64,000 nucleotides of DNA from NCBI GenBank assembly GCA_039096225.1, contig JBBPEB010000015.1, positions 124,001 through 188,000 of the forward strand, read 5' to 3'. This stretch comes from Blastocystis sp. Blastoise. Lineage: Eukaryota > Protista > Bigyra: Opalinata. The stretch's first letter is position 1. Every line of letters starts with the position of its first letter. The translations under genes and the position numbers were made by a program. Below are positions 49,898 to 64,000 of this stretch, piece after piece. The notes beneath the pieces were generated by a model, which did not search any database, had not been told where the DNA came from, and was given only the letters and a program-made list of their open reading frames with translations.

Positions 49898-50728
49898 AGA
49901 TCATTACACTTCCTATACTTTTATCTTGTGTTTCCAACTACTATTCATTATAGAAAACATAGAAATAAAAAGAAAAATTGTTATAAATTTGAAGATGAAG
50001 AATGATAGGCAAGAATTAAAATACTTAATATGTTCTTGATGTTGTGACTAGATTCGTGAAAGAAAAGAAAACTTGCTATAATTCACAATAAAGATCAAAT
50101 ATGAAAATTAAAAACAAATCTGATTTTTCTTTTTGTTAACGGTAACTAATCAAAAACTGGGTACAATCTCGTATTTTTTCACGAAAAAGAATAAATTATT
50201 GTTCTTTTTATATAGTTTTTATTTTTAAATGATATTTAAGCAGAATTCTAGTTTATATATACAATTCATACGATTATTAACTCAGTAAAATCATTTTAGT
50301 TGCGTTTTCCTGTTTTTTTTTTTCTTTTTCCTATCATTATTGAAAAGCATACGAAGATTCATTGAACTTATAGGATGTGATGATTGCAGGAGAATAAAAT
50401 TATGCAAAATATTTTTCATTTTATTAAAAAAAAATACAAATGAGCTGATTAAAGCTTGAAAATCATCATTTGTTGTATATAAAGTATGTATATTAATGAA
50501 GAATTGTACCTCTTTTAGTATACGTAATAAATCTGAATTCAAACAAAAATGAAACATAACATAAATTGAAAAATACATGTTTAATAAAAGGATAAAACAG
50601 AATAAATCATTAACAATTACAAACTACGACAAATAATATGAATATCTAAAAATAAATCATAACACAAAAAAAAACATCAAAAATAATTTAAGAATAATAA
50701 AAAAGAAAAGAACAAAATATTTTAAGCC

Positions 50729-53700
50729 TTATACAAGTACTTCCGGTTTTACAGGATCTTCGGCTTTTTGACTACAACGAATATTATATATTTGAGATAG
50801 AAGAGTAAAAATAAATAGTATCAAATACATGCCAAGAAGACATGTAATGATTATCCATAGATATAAATAACTTTCATTGAAAATAGAGTGAGTTTGAGAA
50901 GAAGAATAGGTAACAGAATAAATTGAACTAATTTCATTGTTTTTATGATTCTGTATTATATCCATTAAATGTGTATTATTATGATTAAAATAATCTTCAA
51001 GATATGTATTGATTGGATCTAAAAGATACGCTGACGTATAGAGATTATATATTATGCTTACTGTATTCTTTTGTATTGAATATTTAGATATTATCAATTG
51101 AATAGAGAATGAAGGGTCTATAATAGATAATGGTATAGAGACAAGTTCTCGGATATTTTCATAGGTTTGTGGATTTGACATTGTGAATGTTTCATTCGTA
51201 AGGAAATCAATAGTGAAATCCATGAGTATTCTGTCTCTTGGTGGAAGAGTAATCATAGAAGTGTCTGTACAATGAGAAGAATCAGTATTCATCCATTCTC
51301 CTTGACTGTGATCTTTATTTGGAGAGCAGTATCGTGTAATTACACCAGAATAAGGAGAAGGACACCATTTATATTGTGTTGATAATATAGTAGTTTCATT
51401 CCATTCACTTGTAGATTCACATACTACATTTTGAATAACTATAGTAATAGTAGCTGTCAAAGACTCCTCTAATTTATTTGTTAATTTAATCTTTACAATA
51501 GAATTATAAAGTTCTTTTGGAGTTCCAGAAATCATACCATTTGATTTATTCAACTTAAGACCTTTAGGAAGATGACCATTTATAGAAAAATGAGTAATAC
51601 CTCCTCCTGAGAATGTAGGAATAACCACGGGAATAGCCGAGTATATAAATCCTTGTATAGAGTTTATTGGATATGTAAGAGATAAAGGATTTAATATACA
51701 ATAATTTTGAGGTTCATTCCATCCATTAAGAGTACAAGTACGTATTTGATTCCCTGAATAATTGATACTATCTTCACAAGGAAGTATAATAGTAGTATTA
51801 ACAAGCGATGTATTCCAAATACCCTCTTGGTCACAATGTGTTCTTATACATTCATTTATAACATTACTCCATTGTCCAGTTGTTCCATTACAATATCTAT
51901 ATATACGTCCAGAATAATGAGTTGTATCAAAACATTCATATTCTCTATAAGTATCAATAAGTGTAGTTTCCCAATGTATACCTTCAACTTCTTCATCTTC
52001 ACAAGCATATCGTACACATTGTATATTAATATCTTCCCATTCTTTAGAAGAATTACAATAACGAGTTTGCATGCCTATATACATTGGAGGACAAGGTAAA
52101 GAAAGTGAAGTATCATGAAGTGTAGGATACCATATTCCATCTTCAGAGCAGAATTGATATTCACATGTATTTACAATATCTGTCCATTCATTATTACTTG
52201 TACATTCTCTTTGTATATATCCTGTGAAATTAGTAGGACAAGGATATATAAATTGATGATTTGCAACTATATCTGGCCATAGAGTGTCATGATGACAATA
52301 AGAATATATTTGAATACTTATTTCTACACAAGTAGGTAAATTCGATAAATGAATAAATCCACATATTCTATATTGATTATATGATAAAGTTGAATTAGTT
52401 GAAATAAGCTGACCTGTTTGATTGTTAAAAAGAAGAGGTAAAAGAGGAAGAGGAGATATTGTATATATAGAGAAGCTATAAGAAGAAGAAGGAGAAATAG
52501 TAAAAGAATCCATTTCATTAAAAGAATATGTATATTGATCGTATGAAAGTGGATGCTGAGGATGTATATCGTTCATATAAGAAAAGAGAAATGATGTTAT
52601 TTGTAGAAAATCATTATTTACTGTAGAATCTAGAGAATAAAAAGGATTAAGAGAAAAACAAGAGTATAGGATATTAATAATGAATGATTAAAATGGTATT
52701 TTATAAATATATACGAATAACTAATTTTACTGCATCCCAATAGATATTATTAGAAGATAAAGTGAATGTTTTTGATTGAATATTACTAATCCATTGTATA
52801 TCATGTTGCGTATCTAAAAGTATCCATTCATCATTATTATCATTATTGTTATTATTAGATTTTGATCCATAAAGATCCCATGAAGTAGGAGAATATTTCT
52901 TTACACTATTAACAAGTGTATACATACTCAGTTTATATTGACTATATATATGTTATAATTAATAAAAATTTATATATACTATGTGTAGAATAATAATATC
53001 ATTTAATTAACATAAGATAATTTGTAAATAATGAAATATATATAAATATAAAATGATGAATAAAAAAGAATTACATACGATTGTCCTTTAAAATGAATAG
53101 TGATTTCAGTATTAGCACTTTTACCATAAAACATTGAATTATAGGAATTATCAAATAAGTCTGAGCATTGACCATAAGAATCAGTAGGTAATTTACTTCC
53201 AGGACTACAAGATACGGAAGCAGGAATACTTAAAGGTACTATATATAATATATATTTTATACAATAATAAAATGATTAGGAAAAATATGAATTATGATGA
53301 TGAAGTAATAGTAACAAAAAGAATAAAATGATGAGGAAAAATAGAGAGAAAATATTGATAAAAAAAGAGATTAAATACACTAAAGAAAATAAATATTTTT
53401 TTATTTATATATATATATTAAATATAATAATATTATACAATTATCTTGATGTGTATAAGTCTGTATATAGCAATCAAATGGATCTGAGATAATAGTGTGA
53501 AGATTATCCATATGGGTCTCTATAGCTATTATATATGTATCTACAGAATCTGTTGAAGATATGAACATAGACACAGGAATAAACTTACTATGTAATAATA
53601 ATAGAATATATAAACTAATATAATACTAATAATAATATAATAAAGATAATAATTAGAATAATAATAATAATATAATAATATAATAATAATATAATAATAA

Positions 53701-54239
53701 TATAATAAATATAATAATAATATAATAATAATAACAAATACGAAAACCATTGAGGTTTATTATTATAAGTCGTTGAGTGATGAGAAGGAACAATAGGTAT
53801 TCTATTAATATATAGATAGACAAAAAAGAAGAATATTTAAAAAAATCTATAAGAACATATTTATATATAAGAATATAAGATAATAACTTAATATACTCCG
53901 GTAAATTGAATCGAAACACACTAATTCCATTTATATACACTATAAATCCTAAAGTTGTATATACATGAACTAAAATAGCTTCACTATTATTCAAAGTAGA
54001 GTTAATTGTATATCTATAATATCGAGTATCCATTTGAGGTTCAATAATATTTTGTTGTTTAGATATCCATTCTGTTTGAGGGATAAAAAGAGGAAGTTGC
54101 CAATTAGTATCATATTGATAATGATTAGAATATATATATGCAGAATGAATACGAAGAAACATTGTAGAAAAAGACACTAGAAAAGAATAACAGTTCAATA
54201 CTCATATAAATGATATTCTAATATTGAATAAATAAATAA

Positions 54240-54275
<36 letters not shown>

Positions 54276-54842
54276 TTGAAATTTATTGATTTGTGTGTGA
54301 GTTGTTTTTCTGGTTGATATTCAAATGTAGCTCGATATAATTCATAATCATTATAAGAAAAAATAATCCAAGCAGAATCTCCATAAGAATACCAACCACC
54401 TGGTTCCCTATATATACAGAAAAAGAAATCATTATTTTTATTCCAATAAAATACTTTATTCAATAATATATCATTAAAAAGAAAAGAACAACAATATAAT
54501 AATCATATATATAAATATACTTTGATTGTAGTTCTAAAAAGTAGTTTGCTTCCAACTTCATACAGATTTCAAATCTTTGAGTTTTATATTCATCTGCAAC
54601 TGTCGTCGTACTTGAATAAACTAACTTTCCAGATTTGGAACCTTCATATAAGCTCCAAGTCTCATCAAGACCGAAAATACCTACCTCCCTTCTTACATCT
54701 ATAGAATATTCATTCTGTTCACAATTCAAAGCAAGAACTATATAAATGTGAGTAGAATTGTATGAAAAATTTCATGAGGTTCTGAGATATTATAGATCCA
54801 CATACTGGTAAGTATAAAAAAACTTAATATTATAAAATTCAT
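50729..54842 (-). CDS. Type I membrane/surface protein: signal peptide, F5/8-like domain, Ig-like (He_PIG) domains, ~5 Cys-rich HRM-like repeats, TM helix, short tail
   Basis: MNFIILSFFILT|ILALNC signal peptide. SPTSWDLYGS...WILLD motif. Repeats of the form W.xT...LPCP..Y.G...R.C...W...C. LPKGLKLNKSNGMISGTP. C-terminal hydrophobic YLYLWIIITCLLGMYLILFIFTLL. Confidence 0.8.
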
Positions 54843-55782
54843 AAGTATATCATATAAAAAAGTATTCACTAGAATAAAAAGAAAAATAGTTTTTTTTATA
54901 TTCAGAGTTATTCCTAGGTTTTTCTTTTGAATTTTTCTAAAAATGGACAGAATTTCTGAATATAATCCTGTTTTTTTGTGAAAAATAATTTTAAATTAAA
55001 TATATGTGAAATAAGACTAGATTCTTGATATTCATCAGATTTGAAATGTAATATTATTTAAACCATTCATATGTCATTTATATGATAGAAGAAAAAGTGT
55101 GAATAAACAAATTAAGTTTCAGAAAAATGGAAGATCACGAAGTATAATATTAATTCTATACTTATATATATAACCACACTATTTTAGTTACAAACAATAG
55201 AGATTCTAGGTAATCTAGCCTCAGCATTACATCAAGTATCCTTTTTATAGTTTTATTTTCTTTTATATATTATTTTAAAATAGACCTCAGATGTTATAAC
55301 AAAGATGAATAAGCAAGTGAATCAACTTAATCAACATATGAGACAATTAGAACAAAATCTTGTATATTCTGTATTATTTACTTTAATTAGGATCATTATC
55401 GTGATAATCATTATAGGGATTAATGTGCACACCGTTTCAAAGTTCGGTTTATGATTACAAATTGCAGCAAAAGAAACAATCTTAAGTTCTTTTTTGTTTG
55501 TTCATAATAACAAAAAATAAAACAATAAATACTAATAATATATTTTTTAAAAAGTTCAATGATACTATGTTGTGTTGTGTTGCGTTGTGATTTTAAAATC
55601 ACACCATTTATCAAATAATAATTCAACAATTATATAATAATAAAAAACGAATCTAATAATGATTTTTATTTTTTGAACTATACAAATACCTAAAACACTT
55701 GTTCAACTAGATTTTAACAGATAGAGAATAAAAGTAGACTCAACGAAACATGGAATACAAAAATCTATAGGATATTTCATCA

Positions 55783-58298
55783 TTATTCTTCTTGTTTTCC
55801 ATCTATAGATTGATATTTCATAGAAGAAACATCAATTCCTGGAATAGGAAAGGAGGAAGCAAATTCTGCAACTTCATGAGCAACTTTCTATAGGATTTAT
55901 ATATCATATAGAATAAAAGGATATAAAAACATATTTAGAAAATAGAATATTAAAAAAATATTTATAAAATAGAATATTAAAAAAAATTTAGAAAACAGAA
56001 TATTAAAAAAAAACACTTATAAAATAGAAGATAAAAAAAAAAACATTTATAAAATAGAATATTTAAAAAAAAACACTTATAAAATAGAAAAAAAATGTTA
56101 TTTATATACCTGAATATCTTTATTGTTAGGAACACCTAATAGCCAATCTTTTAATAATTTCCCTTTTTCAGTTTGTATATCTAAAGCAATATGAACTGCC
56201 TTATCTAAAAAGTCAGCAATCTTCACAAAATCCTCTTCTTTAAATCCTCTGGAAGTAAGGGCAGGTGAACCGATACGAACGCCTCCAGGATTATATGCAG
56301 ATTTATCTCCATGTACAGTATTCTTATTCAATGATATATTAATTAACTCACATATCTTTTCCATTTTATTTCCACTTAATCCCTATAGAAATCATATATA
56401 ATATACTAAGATTGATTCTATAGATGTATAAAATAGGAATAGAAATAATATTAACAAGAGAACATATAATAATCATATATATATATATAAACAACTTACA
56501 GTTGGTCTTAAGTCCCACAGAATTAGATGATTATCTGTACCATGAGTACAAATAGTATATCCTTTATTAAGAAGTGCGTCAGCAAGCGCTTTTGCATTCT
56601 TCTTTATTTGTATACAATACTCTTTATATTCTGAAGTCATCACTTCTTTTAATTGACAAGCAATACCTGCTATTTGATGCTCGTGAGGACCACCCTGTAT
56701 TATAGTATATTATATATTATATATTATATATTATATATTATATATTATATATTATATAATATATAATATATAATATATAATATATAATATATAATATATA
56801 ATATATAATATATAATATATAATATATAATATATAATATATAATATATAATATATAATATATAATATATAATATATAATATATAATATATAATATATAAT
56901 ATATAATATATAATATATAATATATATTATATATTATATATTATATACAATTATATATTATATATTTTATATTATATACAATTATATGAAGAATAAAAAA
57001 AACAAAAAAATATCATTATAAAACAAGTAATATATTTTTCTTAAATAACTACATAATATAAGAAATACATACTTGAAGACCAGGGAAAACAGCATCATTG
57101 ATTTTCTTTTCAAAGTCTCTTTCATCTTTCTTAAAGAAGATCATACCCGCTCTAGGACCTCTAAGAGATTTATGAGTAGTTGTAGTCACTATATCACAAT
57201 ACTCAAAAGGATTCGCAGCTTCTTGGGTAGCTACAAGACCCGATATATGAGCCATATCCATCATTAAATAAGCACCAATAGAATCAGCTATAGCACGAAA
57301 ACGGGCATAATCATATTCACGGGGATAAGCAGAAGCACCCGCTATAATCAATTGAGGTTTGAAATTAGTAGCTAACAGTTCTAACTCGTTATAATCAATT
57401 AAACCTGTATCTTCACAAATATGATAAGGCATTGTCTCATAATATATAGAAGTAGAAGATAAATTCTTACGACCATTCCTATTTATATATATATATAGGT
57501 AATAAATATAATCGATATATTCAATGTATTCATAATCATAATAAAAATAAAAGTAATTATAGTTCATATGATATATAAATAAACAATAAAATCATATATT
57601 TTTAATAATATAGGATCGATAGATAAACAATAAAACCATAATTCTAATATATATATATATATATATATATAGAAAACTTACTTTATGCTAAACGTACTAT
57701 ATCCATGGGTTAAGTGACCTCCTGACGGTAAATCAAGACCCATTACACGAGATCCAGGATGTAATAATCCTAAATAACTATAGAATCAGCATATTTATAA
57801 ATTATTTTCATGTAGAATTTTAAAAATATCAAAATATTAAAAAATATATACACAGCAAGATTTGCAGGAGAACCAGAATAAGGTTGTACATTGACTCCCC
57901 ATTGTTCAGGGTCTAAATGAAAAGCTTCTAAAGCTCTCTTTTGACATAATAACTCAATCTTATCAATCACACCATTTCCTCCATAATAACGATGATTTGG
58001 ATATCCCTCTGAATACTTATTCGTCAAACAAGAGCCTAGACATTCTAAAACTGCTTGAGACGTAAAGTTCTAAACAAAATAAATGTGAAATAAACCAAAT
58101 ACATTTAAAAATATAAAAAAAATAAAATAATTAAATACTTCAGAAGCAATCATCTCCAAACTTCTCCATTGTCTATTCTTTTCTTCTTCAATCATGTCGA
58201 ATAACTCAGGATCTTGCTCACTTAAAGGAATATGGCCCGACTTTTTTATGTGTAACAATATATATGTATAGTTTATGTACAGATTTCATTATTTCCAT
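55783..58298 (-). CDS. SHMT: Serine hydroxymethyltransferase (probably cytosolic; no presequence), multi-exon
   Basis: LEMIASE|[57 protein letters not shown] (PLP Lys) and [14 protein letters not shown]. Confidence 0.97.
55930..56095. repeat. Intronic minisatellite, ~30-nt unit x5 (AAAATAGAATATTAAAAAAAAACA(C/T)TTAT)
   Basis: Visible tandem copies in the last SHMT intron. Confidence 0.8.
56706..56945. repeat. Intronic inverted 7-mer microsatellite (TATATTA)n-(TATATAA)m-(TATATTA)k
   Basis: The two units are reverse complements of each other, allowing for rotation. Confidence 0.9.
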
Positions 58299-58844
58299 GC
58301 TGAACTCTGATATATAAAGACTATTTGAATGAAGTTTATGCAATAAATGAAAATATACTTTAGTGGTAAAATTACCCTCTTTTGAAATGTAACCGCCCAT
58401 TTCTATTTTCATAATTATGAATTCAATTAATGCGAGAATTTCATTTTTATAAAAAGTATAGGATAATGCATAGAAGAATTCAGATTCATGCTGAAATAAT
58501 TTTAGATTTTTTATACTTCATTCATTCTTTTTCACTTACTGGTTGTGTTATTTTGAGTAAATACATTTTACATACGTATTTCAGAATAGTTAAATTAATA
58601 TACTATGTCTAGAGATCCTTTAAAACGTCAATCTTTTTCTAATCCAAATTAAGTTTCGTTATTTGTTCACAAATCTCTCAAAAATACATAGTGTTCAGTA
58701 TATAGAATATTTTAAATGCATTTATGAATTCCTTTATTACAAATGATTTTTTGTTTATCGTTCATTATTTATCGTTTGTTCTTGAATCAATTCAATGAAT
58801 GATTTTATACAATATCTGGTAATGAGAATCTATATCAATAGTAA

Positions 58845-62554
<3,710 letters not shown>

Positions 62555-62887
62555 AAAACAAATATTTCTATTTGTAATTATATAGTTAAAAGTTATTCTA
62601 TTGGTATTTGTGTATTGTTAATATTTAAAACGTTAGTTATATATTTATACTATTGAGGGTCATTTGTATATTGAAATAAGAATCAGTTTTCTTTTATTTA
62701 TGTACAAATAAAAACATCATTTGTTATTCTATTATATTTTGCATTAATGATTTTTATATAGTATACATCGTATTACTATAATGTTTTAATATATATAATT
62801 GAAATTGAAAAATTATACTATAAATAGATAATAAAAATTGAATTAATATCATCATAATAAATAAATAAATAAAATAAAATGTTCTTT

Positions 62888-63474
62888 TTATTTTCTTCGT
62901 TTTGGATTATTATCTTCAAGATCTTCATCATTTATTAATATAGGATTGAATTTTAAAGAGAGGCCTTTTCTTTCTTGACCATTTGCTAACCAAATTGATC
63001 GTAATACAGATGGTAAATCTTGTATCTGATTATGTTCCAAATTGATTACTGTAGTATTCTTGTTACCTATTACATATATAGAATCATTAAGTAATATATA
63101 ATATTTTAATGAATAGAAAAACTAATCTATAACTCTATAATATTAGTATTAAAATATATGATTTTATAACAATAATAGTATATAAATCAATAATAGAATA
63201 GTATATCAATAAAACACTATGAATATACATGCCCAGTCTTCATCAATATTTGTAATAGAATTTTTATTTGCATAAAGTGTCATAAGGTTAGGAAGAAGAG
63301 ATAGACCTTCAGGAAGTGAATTCAACTGATTACTGTCTATTGCAAGAAACTATATACAAGTATAACTACTTTATTCTCTATGAATATAATACATATCTAG
63401 ATAGATAATATATATATAATACATATCTAGATACATAATATATATATATAATAAAATAACACATATCTAGATAC

Positions 63475-63521
<47 letters not shown>

Positions 63522-64000
63522 TTTGAGTTCTTGTAATAGTTTGACAGAGGGAAGTGATGATATATGATTATTACCTAATAAAACAGTTTGAAGATGAAGA
63601 AGAGTAAATAAGGAATCAGGAACTGTCTATATATATATATATATTCTAATAATTTAAAAACAAAACATATTACATATTAATAATAATAGTATTAACATTA
63701 AACAATAGAATGAAAGTGAATTTATTAAAAAAAAATAATAATTATAATAAAAATTACTTCTAATTGGCAATTATCTAAAGCAATTGTTTCCAAAACAGTT
63801 AGTTCTTCAATTGAACTTGGTATATTTTTAATTCTATAAATATATATTTATTTATTTTCAATGTTAAATATATATATACGGATTTCCAGTCAGTCGTAAA
63901 GTCTTAAGATTTGTTAATTGTATGATTTCATCAGGAAATGACTGTAACTGATTATCTTCTAATAATAAAGTCTCCAAGGAATATAAATAACGAATCTATA
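62888..64000 (-). CDS. Leucine-rich repeat protein, 3' part (5' end outside the window)
   Basis: Spliced LRR units (NQLQSFPDEIIQLTNLKTLRLTGNP; LAIDSNQLNSLPEGLSLLPNLMTLYANKNSI). Ends in PKRRK* (NLS-like). Confidence 0.85.

Overview
Very AT-rich (roughly 20% GC by eye), gene-dense eukaryotic nuclear DNA with many GT-AG spliceosomal introns. A Blastocystis-like stramenopile is the best fit. This is inferred from short 36-45 nt 5' introns, TGTTTGTT/TGTTTTGTT motifs downstream of genes, a Cys-repeat/He_PIG/F5-8 surface protein, and genes serving a genome-bearing mitochondrion. I reconstruct about 17 protein-coding loci by hand-splicing: an intronless 1.8k-aa low-complexity ORF, Rictor, an intronless N-myristoylated coiled-coil protein, mitochondrial PheRS, a TenA-(degenerate HAD)-ThiD triple fusion, PP1 inhibitor-2, a minimal CstF-64/Rna15-like protein, a PPR protein, MPP-beta, a large hypothetical, an SMS/IPC-synthase-like enzyme, NAA60-like, a type I surface protein, SHMT, a poly-Asn hypothetical and a partial LRR gene. 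There is also a complete 2.8-kb hAT transposon (8-bp TSD ACTGACTT) and a candidate C/D snoRNA. The most striking signal is intron architecture. Distal introns begin GTATATA... and end ...TATATAG, which are self-complementary (TA)n ends, often with no pyrimidine tract. One transposase intron is nothing but G(TA)21G. Promoter-proximal introns and intergenic DNA lack long TA tracts. Most short ORFs in the supplied track are intron or antisense artefacts. Exon boundaries are manual and approximate.
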